Below, in pieces: positions 1 to 14,328 of a stretch of 64,000 nucleotides of DNA (position 1 is the first letter of the stretch; every line of letters starts with the position of its first letter). The notes beneath the pieces are model-generated. The model was not told the DNA's origin and did not search any database. It was given only the letters and a program-made list of their open reading frames with translations. The translations under genes were made by a program, and so were the position numbers. The DNA comes from Eledone cirrhosa (Eukaryota), in NCBI GenBank assembly GCA_964016885.1, contig OZ024740.1, positions 348,316,001-348,380,000 on the forward strand, in the 5' to 3' direction.

Positions 1-421
1 TGGAGACTCCCACACATTGACACTCATATTACATTCAACCCTCCGAGACGAAATGTATGTTCTTCAGGTTGTTACTGTAGCAGTTTTGGTATAATTAGAA
101 CAATAGTGGGTTGAATCAATAGAATGAATTATTGTACTTATTAATTTACTGTTGGAAGGAATTTTGAATATCCCAGGTAATGTGAACTATAAAGTACCCT
201 ATATAAAACAAATGAAGGAGATTCTGTACATTTAAAGTGACATCATATCCGCTCACACCTTTTTTGTTTCTTTTTTTTTTCTTGACTCCCACATTCTCTC
301 TTTTAGGGATATAATCATCTATTTGTGAGCATGAGTTATATACGTATATATATATATTATTATTTTTTTTCTCATTATATATATATATATAATGAAAATT
401 TGACACCTCGCCCATACTTAT

Positions 422-494
<73 letters not shown>

Positions 495-1801
495 AGTGCT
501 ATACAAAAGTGGTATACAAAAAAAGTGCTATACAAAAATGTTTAAATCAAATTAATTTAATTTAAATAGACTCTGGTGAGCTATTCTTCCAGGAATGACA
601 TTTCTTTTATTGTTGTTTCTAGTCGAACGTTGATGTTCGCAATACATCCAGTAATATATTTTCAAATGTTTTGATTCTTGAGGCAAATGCATATTAGTTG
701 GAAATATATTAGAGCAAAGGGTAGTAATAAAAATGAAATTATGAAGCAACACTCCGCAATAAAGATACAACTGATAGTACCGATGAATCCAAATGTATAT
801 GTGGTTATTTTGTACATATAGTTACAGTCAACATGGGTGATATATAATATCACATTTCTTATTCTTTTGCTGATAGCAATTGGGGTTTACGAAGCTATTT
901 AGATAGGAATAATAATGTGACAATATTGAAAGATAATGCTCGAAAACTTCCAAAGAAATCAATCATTGAAATAATGTTGTATATTCTTTCCATGTAAAGT
1001 GGAAATCATTATTATAATATGTTTCTGCTGATATGGAAATGATGGATATTCATTTAGATTAATGATATTATATACAGCTAATTATATTTACGAGATTAAA
1101 AATAAATACCTTCACGCGGTTCATTACTAAAATATAATTTATCACTCTACTGTATGTTTGTATCTTGATATCTATATATGTTCTTCTAGTTCTATTTTTA
1201 TTATCTCTCACCATGAGAGAATGATCTATTTTCCAAACAAGAAACAAAGCACTGTAATAGACATCAAGTAATTGATCAAATGTGTTTATATCTGCTCACA
1301 TATGTGTGAGCATGCATGAATCCCATTGTGTCCATAAATAGTTTTTGCATGTATTCTTGTGTGTATGCATGTACTTATACTACAGGTTAAACCGGAGTGC
1401 GTAACATATCTTTGCAAGTCCGTTAATGGCTTATAAATGTAAATTTCTAATTAGCTATATCCTTTATAGTTTTGTGAACCCCTGCTTCTCAACACGGGTG
1501 CTGAGGCAATTACTAATTATATAACACGGCGTCCTAATAGTCACAAGTATAAAACTAAACTTACAATCCGAGTGGAATATCTCCAGATTTCACATTTGTA
1601 TTTTGTTTTACTTTAATCTTTAACATTATGTCAACGTCTGTTGGACAATTGATTTCTATTTGTGTGGACACTTTTTTTCCCTGCCACAAATCATTATTTA
1701 TTATTTGTTGGAACTATCTAAATTCATCTAATATATCTATGTATGTATGCATGTATGTATGTATGTTTGTATATATATGTATTTGTGCATGTATATATGC
1801 T

Positions 1802-1863
<62 letters not shown>

Positions 1864-1864
<1 letters not shown>

Positions 1865-3335
1865 TAGCAGTGGTACCCGGCGTTGCACGGGATAAGGTAT
1901 TTGGGAACGCGGGCCGCCAACAGACCTAATCGTGGAAAGACTGCATGCCTGGACAATATGTAAAGAAAATAAACCGAATAATCTGATGGCTGGATAATCT
2001 TTAAGATTTTCCTCGATGAAGCAGGAAAAATGCAGGTTTTCACCTAGGAAATCAAGAAAATCAATTTTCTTTATGTGCATAATATGCCTTTAAATTTCGG
2101 GAAAATCGGCTAGACGTAGCGCCTCCAAAAAGCTCTAAGAAGCTGAAAAAATGAAGTTTTTCACCTAATGCGGCCCTAGGCCATAAGTAAGTTGGATTTT
2201 CTTTTTTGACGGTATGAACAAGAGACTGACTAATACATAGTTACAATTTCAAGGAAATCGGTTTGACGTAACGCCTCAAAAAAACCCTAAAAATCTTTTA
2301 AAACGCAGTTTTTCACCTAATACGGGCCCTAGGAGATGAAAAAAAAGTTGAATTTATGTGCATAACACTCCCTGAAACATGTAAAGTTTGAAAAAAATCG
2401 GTTGGGTACTTTTCGAGTTTTAGGGATTCAAACTCACAGACACACACACACACACACAGACAGACATCCTCAGAACACTCCCTGAAACATAAGTATTACA
2501 TGTCTAAAGTTTTAAAACAGTCGGTTTGGTGCTTCTCTACAATACTAAGCAGTAAAATAGTAACTTTTGTTCTTGTAAAGGCACGTAAATAAGCAAACTG
2601 AAGCTATTACAGCGATGCTTTTCTTTACCGGCTTTAATTTTTAGTGTTGTGTGAAATATATAACCTGCAAACCTGATTTTTGAATCGCAGTAAGGTCGAC
2701 TTTATTTCATTCGTTCCACTAAAAGTTGGATTTTCTTTGCTCACAATATGAAGAAGAGACTGACTAATACATAGTTACCGGCTTTCATTTTTAGTGTTGT
2801 GTGAAATATATAACCACCTTAGCTAAGCTTAGTATTGCCACAACGACGGCTGGCTAAGGAGTAAGGGTCTGGTGGTATGTAACTAAGCAACACGTGAGGA
2901 AGAAGTTGTGTGCACATACCAACTGTTTGGAGAATGAGTGTGAGATTTGTCTTGAGCAAGGGTGGCAGAATAACCGGAGGCAGCAGACAGCTAGACATAC
3001 AGACATATATTGTAAAGGCACGTTCTGGACGGAGAGGGAATTGTGGGAAGTGACGTAATGCAGACAGCCAGACATACAGAAAGATATTATAAGGGCGCGA
3101 CGTTATATGTACGTATCTATCTAAAAAGAGAAAGACTAAGAATTATAGAGCGAGATCGCTAAATCGCCTAATGCGGTCCCTAGGGAATTGAAAATTTGAA
3201 ATTTGTTTTGCTCAGAACACTCCCTGAAAGATAAGTATTACATGTGTAAAGTTTGAAAACAGTCAGTTGGGTGGTTCTCGAGTTTTAGGGATTCGAACTC
3301 ACACAGATATACATCCTCAGTTTTATATAGAGAGA
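1864..3335 (-). mobile_element. Non-autonomous Helitron
   Basis: Minus-strand 5' end A|TCTCTCTATATAAAA (3335). 3' end is the hairpin CCCGTGCAACGCCGGG (1876-1891) followed by CTAG|T (1864). Inserted between A and T with no TSD. Internal duplications at 2189-2243/2723-2778 and 2470-2515/3212-3255. Confidence 0.85.
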
Positions 3336-5399
3336 TTTTATCAATACCTGTTGTTCATTCGGTTAACAATGTACGCAAGAGAGAGAAAGAGAGAGAGAGG
3401 GGGAGGGGGAGTTCGATAATGTGGGAGAGAGAAAATTAAAACACTGTTTGAAGGAGGAGGGGTTTTTATTAAGTGACATTATTGCCAGAGGAAATGGCGT
3501 GATATTGAAGGGAGATTATATCGTTTAGACATAGAGAAGAGGAAGATTCGGAAAGTTATACAGAAGCACAGTCAAACGCCCGTACTGACACACATATAAA
3601 TACATAAACACACATGTATTTAATTTCGTGTTTGAAGTTAAACTATTTATTCTATTATATGTTTGGACATAATTCCAAAAAACTTTACGGAATTAAGCAT
3701 ATTTTCACCGTTTTCTTTTTTTCTCCCAGGTTTTACATATTTAGTTACTCGATAAATTAGATGAAACAATATAAAAACATCGAAACATAGCTGGCATATA
3801 AGTGTTTTGACTATCGCAATGTGAAATTAAAATCTTTATGTCGTAAAGAATATATCCTTAGTGATATTTTATAGAAACCAGGGAAAGCAACAAAGTTACT
3901 TGATTATCGATGACAATGCTCAAAAGAGATTTTTAATGGTTTACCAAAGGAAGGAAATGGCAATATTATTTCAGGGTTTTGACACTGCACTGTGAAGAAT
4001 GGTTGTACTCCTGTTCGGATCTGTCCGAATAAGCAAAACAGTCGATAAATGAACCAACTACAAATGCCTTCTGATATTAGACCTAGCACAAATGTTTATA
4101 AAAAGTTGGACTTCGCTAAATTCCCCTAAGATCAAAGTTGTTGTGTAAAACTTTGTAACGGAACTAGCTTAAATTCGTATAATGGATAGACAACTTAATA
4201 ATATGGTATTAATTATTATAATGAGAAACAAAAACTGAAGAAAAAAATGAATTCGTGAAATAGGAAGATTTTACTACATGTCTGACAAGATTTCTATCCT
4301 TTGCCTTTGATATCATATGAGGAAGCGTTAATACATCCGCCTTTCGTACATTTCTAAATCTAAAGTTAATATATGTGAGATCAGTACCATAGAAACCTGA
4401 AAGGCAAACAAGGATAAATTATTTACACAGACATGAATGAAATAAAACAGAATTTCCATGAATAGTTTTGTTAATTGAGATTTATGCGTTATTTATACAA
4501 ATGATAAACTTCATTTTTTTTTTGTCTTGTTTACAAATAAACATATAATTGCGCTTTCTGACATCGAAATTGTTTGAATTCTATTTCGACACTAGTATTT
4601 ATTAATAAACCTTTGAAAGAGGAGCTATTTATATGGAACCCGCTCTACAAATGTTTTGTTGCTAGTAACTGCTGAAATCAATTATGATACAAAATTAAAC
4701 ACACCGATTGAAATAGGTGTTTGATACGAGCACATCTAGTCAGTTCAATACCAGCATTATTATAGGCAGTTTTAAACCATGATCTATATTTAGAACATTT
4801 AACACAGATATATACAGGTGTTTTGATGTAGATATCTGAAAACAGTAATTGACATTTGCCGGGGGCAAATATTAGGACTACGATGATGTGTGTTTGAAAT
4901 AAATATTAAAACCCTGTGAGTCCATTAATAACACTATTCCGGGTATAGACACAAAAAAACAGTATGGATGTTTGGTTGCTAATTGATATATGAAAATATA
5001 CAGAGGTGAACCTAGTGTAAATTAAAACGTAAAATACGAACAACTTCTCCCTAATTCAACCATTCTATGTTTATACATAATCATTCTACTTGTTTATATA
5101 TTATTTGAAAGAAATTATCTCCAGTTCCAACTACGAAATTAGTCTGTAATTCATAGGAAACCTATTTGGTGCTTAGCCAGGTATTTCTGATCGACTAGAA
5201 ATATGATCAAAGACAACCCAATTATGATCGATTAGAGAGGCATACGATCAAAGATATTCCAATCTTGAACACCACACTTTTAATAAAAGTATCGTGTATC
5301 TAAGACGATACTATCCAATATGATCTTTCATGTTGGGATTAGATTGCTATTTATAGGAGATTTAAATACCTCTTAAAGGCTCCCTTCTTTGTCTTATCG

Positions 5400-6300
5400 C
5401 ATTGTCTTGTCGCTGTAAGGAGAGTTTAAATGCCTCCTCTCCTTACAGAGAGGAGGCATTTAACGGAAGAATTTCCAGTTCACTTTTTCACAACCTGTCC
5501 CAAACAACATCTTATATTACTGAGATACATGGAATTTGATAGATTCTTGTACAGGTTTGTGAAAATATCCCAGACTTATTTGGCTCAAGATCAGTGTAAA
5601 TGTGGGTTCTTCAGATAAGCTGGAATTTAATTCCGCTAAAGTTTGTTCATGCTAATGTTGATGGTGGCCTTCATCAGTATCTGCTGGTGGAGGTTTTGAT
5701 GATGCCTAAAGAGATCTATAAAGGAAGGTATTCCAATCTTGATTATCCTGGTTAATTCTCATGAATTATAAATCAAAATCAAGGACTATATTATCAAGTT
5801 CAACATGGTCTTCTCTTTTGAAATGTAGTTGCTATGCTTTGGAAATAAGTTGAAGATGTGTGATTGTGTTGGTGCTTTAAGAAATCTGTAACACTTCACA
5901 AATTTGAGCTTCACCCCTGAACAGTACAGGGAACATGTTAACCGTTTTCCATATCGTTCTAGTTTTACAAAATATATTACCAAAGATGGCTGTTGGTTAT
6001 AAAAGCGGCACGTAGCATCACTAATATAACTTACCAAAAGTAACAGTACAACGTTTCAAGATCTTTTGTAACTTTCGTGGAATTAATCCAATAAATTTTG
6101 AAACATATTGCTAGAGTTGAATTGATAGAAAATAATTTAATCTGCTGCCAAGTTAAAATATATAGAAAAATTAAACTAGTGACACCTTGCTGATCTGATT
6201 CCAGTATATCAAAAATAATATCATAGACATGGAAGAAAGAAAAGAAGCAATGTAAAATAAATGAGCTACCGCAAAACACGTCTGGTAAAATTAAACAGCT
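5400..6300 (-). pseudogene. Highly decayed LINE RT-like fragment
   Basis: ORF 5786-6037 has YISDATCRFY (like YADDTxxF) and GVKLKFVKCYRFL (like G..L..V..YKYLG). Weak similarity only. Confidence 0.3.
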
Positions 6301-6867
6301 AATTTCTGTTTTTACCCAGAATACGTTTCAATAAGCATGTTCACATATTACTGTCTATACTTTCTTATTTCAGAATTAATGAGCAGCGAATGTTACTCGA
6401 TATGTTTAAAAGTCTAGTCTCTCTGACTACCGGATGTGCAAATATCTGCTGGCCAATATATGTATGGCAATATATGTTTGCTATTATACATATATATATA
6501 TATAAAAGGAGGGTATGTGTATGTATGTGTATTCGGCTTTTCGTGTGTAGTGGGACGGAGTGTTAAGAAGTGGTAGAAGAATGAAACATAAATGAATTTC
6601 ACTTATATATGAAGACATAGGAAACATATAGGTAATTACATCCACAAACAGACATGTGAACATAAACATACACTCAGACACCCACACTCCGTATAAATAA
6701 ATATATATTTATATATATATATATATGTGCGTGTGTGTGTGCGCGCGCCTTAAATAGAATATTTAATTTAACCATCTGAAAACAAGGCAGACCGCAATTT
6801 GAAGTTTCCTAACGTGAAAGATTTCCGCAACTTGGCATGCCGTCATGTTCTGATGTCATTATTAGTA

Positions 6868-7030
6868 TTGGCAGTATCGGTAGAGGGTCCAGCATAGTTA
6901 CGTCCCTTTACGATCTGAGTTCAAATCCCGCCGAGGTTGACTTTGCCTTTCATCCTTACGGGGTCGATAAAATAAAGTACCAGTAATGCACTGAGTAATT
7001 GCTGGCCTTGTGCCTAAAGTAGAAACAATT
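6868..7030 (+). mobile_element. tRNA-derived SINE, family A (internally deleted copy)
   Basis: A-box-like TGGCAGTATCGG, B-box GTTCAAATCC and core GACTTTGCCTTTCATCCTTACGGGGTCGATAAAATAAAGTACCAG. Direct repeat ATTATTAGTA at 6858-6867 and 7028-7037. Confidence 0.85.
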
Positions 7031-7047
7031 ATTAGTAGGTTACTTAA

Positions 7048-7117
7048 GTAAAATGCAAGTATATGCTTGGATTTCCACGTTACTTTCAATCAGAAAATAA
7101 TATGCATGCTCGGGTGT

Positions 7118-7172
<55 letters not shown>

Positions 7173-7263
7173 TATATATATATATATACATATGTATATA
7201 TATGTATATATATATTTATGTATATATACATAACATCTTAACTACCCTTATTTTATATATATA

Positions 7264-7314
<51 letters not shown>

Positions 7315-7490
7315 AGAAAAACCACAAACCCTCTATCTCAATTTGAAAAGCATAAGAACTGCGAAACCGGTAAAGGAACCAAAAAAATATTCATGAAAAG
7401 ATTTCAGTTGCATTTTCGATTTCAACTTGTTTCCTTATACTTTCACTCGTGTAGGACATCTCGTTTTTTTTTATTTTGGAAAAAACCTTC

Positions 7491-7545
<55 letters not shown>

Positions 7546-7615
7546 CACCCGAGCATGCATATTATTTTCTGATTGAAAGTAACGTGGAAATCCAAGCATC
7601 TACTTGCATTTTACT
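7048..7615. repeat. ~70-bp inverted repeat pair flanking (TA)n arrays and a PLE-tail fragment
   Basis: 7048-7118 is the near-perfect reverse complement of 7544-7615. Confidence 0.85.
7340..7376 (+). ncRNA. Minimal type-I hammerhead ribozyme-like motif, U3-A8 core variant
   Basis: TTGAAAA-GCA(TAAGAAC)TGC-GAAA-CCGG-TA. Related copies at 7631-7666 and 31986-32021. Confidence 0.6.
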
Positions 7616-7630
7616 AATCTAATCTGATTA

Positions 7631-7666
7631 TTTTTGAAAAGCATTAGAAATGCGCAACCGGTAAAA
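7631..7666 (+). ncRNA. Hammerhead-like motif, U3-A8 variant, degenerate (GCAA in place of GAAA)
   Basis: TTT-TTGAAAA-GCAT(TAGAA)ATGC-GCAA-CCGG-TA-AAA. Confidence 0.45.
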
Positions 7667-7744
7667 ACTTAAAACTGAATACTAACCAATACTTATTACT
7701 AATTTTTACTTATTCCTAATTAAACTATTCTTCACACTATTTTA

Positions 7745-7799
<55 letters not shown>

Positions 7800-9229
7800 A
7801 CACTGTTCCCCGAGCATAAGCGGTCCCGATTTGTCGTGAAATTTTCATGAGCACCTAACTAATAATAGTTTGCAGAATCGTAAATAAATTCCGCGATTCT
7901 TTTATGCCTTTTTTCGTGGCAATATATATATATATATTTTTAACGCTAAATTATTAATAACTCTATACCGTATTTGCTGGCATTTTTATGAACCACGTGC
8001 AATGTTCACGGTTTTTCCTAGATTCCAATAATGCATTATAAATGCAATTTTATGAACCCAATTTAGATATACTCTAATTATACGGTCTATATTCGCAGGG
8101 TAACCTGCCGACAGTAATCGTGGATACTCTTTTTTATGTCCACAAATATATTTTCAATAAAGACAATACTTAATATCTCTATGCACAAATATTTAGCTAT
8201 ATATCTCTAGATTTATTCTGTGGTACAGTTTAATATCATTAAAACATTGCTGCTAAAATATTAGTAAATTCCTGATATTTGTTTATGTTCTACAATATCA
8301 AATCAAGTTTGTGTCTGCAAAGAATTACTCCAGGCTCTAATTTGTTGCAATCAGTTAGGTCATGCCCAACCCTCACACCAGTTATGCTGGCCGTAGAAAC
8401 GTCCATACGTTCAGGATAGGGCGAGTTACGGATTCTTTGCGCTTGGTTTGCAGGTTGCATTCTGCGTCCTTTTGCTGAAACTCTATCTGCCAGACAATTA
8501 TAATTAATCAGAGTAAAAAGAGTTTCTCCAACTGCCCAGTCAATACTAACAAAATAATGCTACAAATTAGTCAGAAATTACACAAACAAGAAGACACCAT
8601 TATCTTTGCTATCTTAACAAAATATCGTGTTAACACTTCTACACTTTGACAAATGTTAACCATTTACATACCTTATTATTGAAAAAATTTACAAGTCTAT
8701 TTTTGAAGAGTATATAAAATTATATCCTATTCTCATGATAGTAACTTATTACAGATAAATCATGTACAAGAATTGGTAATTTTTACTGTCACAAAAACGT
8801 TCATTATCATATTATGGCTACATGAAATATAGTTGAATAGTTAATACAATTAATATTGTGTCTTTATTGACACAATAAAGAAAGTGGTGACCATCGAAAG
8901 AGGCGAAAAAATCGCAATCACAATATGTATTAAAGAAATATCTTTTAAAAACAATATGTGAGAATTTGATCATTTTAAACACCAATCGTAGCTAGCTCCA
9001 AGTAGTTGTGGTAGCTAAGCGTATCCGCCTTTAAGATATTAGGTGAAATTAGAATCCAATGTGACTCTTAGTTGTGGTAGGTGAAGCGATCTTGTAGAGC
9101 TAAAATGGTAAAGGCGGTGTAAATCTGAACATCGGGATCAAGTGTTACTGAATTACGTTCGCCTGATACCTATATATCAATACTTTGTTCAATTATATAA
9201 TTCAAATTTAGCTTTAGTTCATATCTAAG

Positions 9230-9450
9230 CGTGATGGGTTAGCAAATTCATTAGAGCATTGAAAAATGTCTGGTAGTATTTCGTTACGGTTCTTTACGTA
9301 CGGTTTTTTACGTACGGTGTTCAATTCTCCTAAGTCACTTTTGTGTTTCCTCTCTCTGACGCCGACAAAATAATGTGTTAAACAAATACTGCAGTCAATT
9401 TAACCGACTATCATTTAACAAATTTTGAGGTTTTATGCCTCCGTTAAAAA
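9230..9450 (+). mobile_element. Old degenerate copy of SINE family A
   Basis: GTTCAATTCTCCTAAGTCACTTTTGTGTTTCCTCTCTCTGACGCCGACAAAATAA resembles the SINE core. Confidence 0.45.
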
Positions 9451-9939
9451 TATATAGTGATTCAAACTGAGAAACGTACAGTGGCAATATTATTGAGCCA
9501 ATATAAATGCTTCAGACTTTCTTATCCTAATGATCTGTGTTCAAGTTTTACTGCCGTCGGTCAAATAGGCACCACTCAACAGTCTTAACTAAATCAACAT
9601 GAAAATAAAAAACATATTTGTTTGTGTTTCTGGCAATTCCCTGCTTTAGATGAGTGGTTTATTATTAACTCATCTGCCAATGGTTAAATTATTACGACGG
9701 TGCTGCAAAAATATTTAATTTTTGTAATAATCTCGTGAATTACTTAAAACTTGTATTGTATTCATCGTGAAATGCAATCTGTTATACTATGGAGATCAAA
9801 GTGTTGATAAAAACCAAGTAGCATATGGCATGAGAAAATCACAAAAAAAACTACTCAATGCAAACTCACATCAACATGTACTATAATATATTCGTGGACG
9901 TTATATGAATATATTATAGTACATGCTATTGTACTATAA

Positions 9940-10870
9940 CTAGATGAGTTAGATGGATTCATGAACAACCTCCAGGTCGTACTTGTTGATGGTGATGGAA
10001 AGGGTGTGCTTGACGCCTTAGCCCAGAACGGGTGTCTTGTTCAGTCTAATGATCAGACTAAATTCCTGAGCGGCCCTTGAGAGTTTTTCCGTGAGTTTCT
10101 GGATTTGCTCCTCACTGTTCGCTAACACTGCTGCGTCGTCCAAAAACAGCATGTCTCTGGTGAGCACTTGGATTTTGATTTCAAAATTTACAGACTAAAC
10201 AGCTTCTCCTCAGATCTGGTGTAGAGGTAAACACTATGTGTCGATGTTACAAATGTGTTTCAGTAGGAGTGCAAACAAATTCCAAATAACATGTTCAAAA
10301 ACCTAGCCAAGATTGCTTGCCCAAACACAGAGCTCCGTTTCACATAACTGCAAATATTAAACAACCCTGAAGAAGAGTCATCAAATTAAACAACATCTTT
10401 CATACCTGCATGAAAGAATAGGACTATTTTTAAAAAGCTTGGAGGGCAACCATTCTTGGCTAGGTTCCTGAACAGGCCATCACTGCTAAGTAGTAATCTG
10501 AGTAGTCGAATGCCTTCGTAAGGTCAACGCAATTTTCGCAGAGGGGTTACCTTAATATTTGACATCTCTCTTGTAGCTGGTGAAGGGAGAAGAATATAAC
10601 AATGATGGAGCGTTCTGACACGAAATCGGACTGAGATCCGTGGTGTACTCTCTCAACGAATCTCTGTTGTTTGTTCAGGTCCAGGGAGGTGGAAACCTTC
10701 CCAAGGACGCTTAGCAGTGAGATGCTTCGGTAGCGGTTGCAATCATTTCTGTCACATTTGTTCTTATAGAGGGTGACAATGCTGCAGTCTCTCGTGCTTG
10801 GCGGAATGTTACTGCGTCCATGCACTGACAGAAGTTTCAACAAGTGTCTAAGCAAAGCTCACTTTGCACA
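9940..10870 (-). pseudogene. RTE-clade LINE reverse transcriptase fragment
   Basis: IPPSTRDCSIVTLYKNKCDRNDCNRYRSISLLSVLGKV; downstream DLTKAFD (~10510-10530), GCPPSFL and MLFLDDAA motifs; several frameshifts. Confidence 0.85.
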
Positions 10871-11138
10871 CCTAATGGTTTACTATTACTTTCGGTGCTT
10901 TTGTGGGTTAGACGTGCTATAACGTTCCGGGGCTAGACACGTTAGAGGATTACATCTTATTCATACATACATTTAAGCAAGGGATCTATGGCTAGATGCC
11001 CTTTTTAATTGTAACCAACTTGCGGCATGCACCTCACGTGGTAATATGTATATGCATATATATATATATATATATATATACATTTTGAGTATACGTTGTA
11101 TATTTGGAGTATATGTTGTATATTTTATATATATATAT

Positions 11139-11310
11139 ATAATAAACAGGAAAGACGGTTTCAATTGTTATCCTTATTTATTCTGGGAAATGAAACCGTC
11201 TTTCTTGTTTATTATTATAATAAAACTCCGGATGAACAAAAACTGTGGAGTGCTTGACATCTGTTAAGAAAAATTAGGCAGATTTTCAATCAACCAACTT
11301 TCTTTAAATG
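11139..11310 (+). mobile_element. Short palindromic PLE-tail remnant in (TA)n
   Basis: ATAATAAACAGGAAAGACGGTTTCA is inverted with TGAAACCGTCTTTCTTGTTTATTAT. Contains the HHR 3' half GAAA-CCG-TC, then AATAAA. (TA)n on both sides. Confidence 0.55.
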
Positions 11311-11656
11311 AATATATATATATATATATATATATTAATAATTATAATTAATAATTAAAAATTATTAATAATTATCTGGCGATACCTGTACGTGAAGATA
11401 TTTTTAAAGTGAGGAAAGACTGTGCACTGAGCCAATCCCACTCTCTGAGTGACAGTATATATAACCCGAAAAGAAGAAAATATCAACATAACAGCATCGG
11501 TAACTACTGAGCTGCAGGTTTTATGTCGGAGTTATCCCAGTTTCCTGAGATGCCTTCTCCTAGAAGAATGCCCTGACAAAGGCTAAGGGTCCTTCATTCT
11601 CAGTGGTTTAACCGCTCGATCGGGTATCCAGCTCGATTATTTCTATGTCTCCGCGC

Positions 11657-11750
11657 ATATACATACATATACATACATATAATCACATATATATATATAT
11701 ACATATACATATATACATATACATATACATACATATACATACATATACAT

Positions 11751-11783
<33 letters not shown>

Positions 11784-11910
11784 CATATACATATACATAC
11801 ATATACATACATATACATATATATATATATACATATAAATACATATACATACATATACATATACATAAATATACATATATACATATACATACATATGTAT
11901 ATATATATGC

Positions 11911-11943
<33 letters not shown>

Positions 11944-12015
11944 AAGATATATATATATACATATGTATACATGTATTTATATACATATGCATAGATACAT
12001 GTATATGTATGTATC

Positions 12016-12095
<80 letters not shown>

Positions 12096-12200
12096 AATAT
12101 ATATATATATATTTATATACATATATATGGATACATGTATATATGAGTATATATACATATACACATATATACATATGTATACATATATGTACATTTATAC
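11657..12200. repeat. Compound (TA)n/(TACATA)n microsatellite
   Basis: Seen directly. Confidence 0.95.
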
Positions 12201-12559
12201 ACATTTTTCGATAGTTGTTGAGTTTTATGAGTTCTTCCGCCCTTTGTCAGGTTTTGTTTTTTATCCTGCAGGGTGTCCAAAATCACCCTCCTCATCAAAG
12301 TAAACTTGCTGGGTTTGCCGGTTTAGTCGCCGACGACCCGACCATGCGACATGTTGAACCGGGTTACATGTTACCAGTAGCACTCAAGAGTGACCCGACA
12401 TAACATGCATACATTTATACATACATACACACATACATACACACACACATACATACATACATACATACATACATACATACATACATACATACATACATAC
12501 ATACATACATACATACAAATCAATCTATAAACAACTCTATCAATGCCCTAACTGTTTCA

Positions 12560-13860
12560 CAAATATATCAGGACGAGTGCTACAGATATTTAGGGATAGA
12601 TGAAAATATATCCGATGAATGAATTTGTAATAAGGAACGCGTAACCAGGAACATAACACCTGAATGAGAAGATACGCTCTTTGGAAATCTCTACGTACGA
12701 TAAGTCATTGGCTCAAAATGTGTTTGTTCTGCCCATGCTGACACCGACGTTTGGACTGCTTGACTGGACGTCAGGTAAGATCCGAGCCCTTGATAGTAAA
12801 ATCTGAATAGCTCTAACTGGCACCAGAAATTACCATATCAATCGTGACCTAGACTACCGGCTACCGGTACATAAATTGTGAACAGAGAATAGATGGCTTA
12901 ACATCAATCCAAATAGCACTTGAATGTCACATCATATTCCCCCCAAAATATCTACGAACCACCAAGCGTAGAGGCCAAACCATAGAATAAATCTGTCTAC
13001 ATAAGGCAGATAACATGAAGGGAGTTCGGAGGAGCTCATTTGCACAATTACCAAAAATACACACCGAATTTGCACAGTAATACCACGATTCAATGGACGA
13101 AAAGACGCATGCATATCAGGAAATTGATTCACTTGTGGCTATGTTTTCAAGTAGCTTCCGATTGAGAGTATTATAGAATGATTAACTTTCAACTTGCAGG
13201 ATATACGTTTGTGATCCATGAACAGGAAATAACAACGAAATACCTGATGCACTAAAGAGACAGGCTTGCAGGCAAAACCGCCGGATGTGACACCGGATGC
13301 GCAACATACATCGAGGAAATCATACACACCATATGCATTTGTCCAAAGATGTCTTCATGATACTATCTGCCTCTGAGGCATGATCTAGTGGCCGAAACAC
13401 TATACAAAGCAATCTGTAGAAAAATATTTCCAAGAATAGAAATATAAAATTTGCAGTGATATAGAGGGTATGTGCATACATAATATGAAAGAGTACTGAT
13501 GGAATATTCCAGTCAAAACCTTAATGTATTGCAAATATAACACACCAAGCAGTGACATGGGACAGAAAAAAGCATGCACTGTACTGGAAACCGGCTGTCT
13601 AATAGATGTCAATATAATGCGAAAAAGGAAAATAATTTACGCTGTAATTACGAGTAATCTATAGGAATTCTACCCTGACGATATCTTTAGATTTATACAT
13701 GTAATTGGGGCTCTTGGATATTTTACTAACTCAGTGCAAACCACGTGAAACTGGTCTTCACAGAACAAGAAAGAGCAAGGCTAGTTAGGAAGGTTCAAGT
13801 ACAGTCCGTTAATAAGAATGTAAATCGATATAAAACATTTCAGAAATAATGCTTGTAATC
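12560..13860 (+). pseudogene. R4/Dong-like (RLE-endonuclease) non-LTR retrotransposon 3' fragment
   Basis: Translates to AQNVFVLPMLTPTFGLLDWT, RHDLVAETLYKAICRK, WNIPVKT and VIGALGY, typical of RT C-terminus plus RLE domain. Many stops and frameshifts. Begins after a (TACA)n run. Confidence 0.7.
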
Positions 13861-13864
13861 AATG

Positions 13865-13920
<56 letters not shown>

Positions 13921-14264
13921 TATAGATACATATGTATGTGTTCACTTATGACTCGATACATCTAGATCCACACATGCAATATAATCCATACCTACACCCC
14001 TACCCGCAGACACATACGCACACACATATACAGACACACACACACACACATACACACACATATACATATGTACAGACGTATTTACCTGGTTGTTGATGTC
14101 TAGATTCCAATGAAAGAATTTTGCTTCTGTGTCAGAACACGGCTCTCTCTCTCTATTGTTGAAAATTTATTATAATAATAATACCAGAAGAGCATACTTA
14201 CATACGTACGTATATGCATGCATACATACACATAAATACATGTGCCTGCATATATGTATATATT

Positions 14265-14328
<64 letters not shown>

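Noticed and set aside
3710-4260. Polypyrimidine-CAG splice acceptor at 3729 with coding-like sequence downstream
   Set aside because: Early stop codons and no recognisable protein; an exon cannot be supported.
7799-8120. Possible Tigger-like MITE
   Set aside because: Could not match convincing TIRs at both ends.
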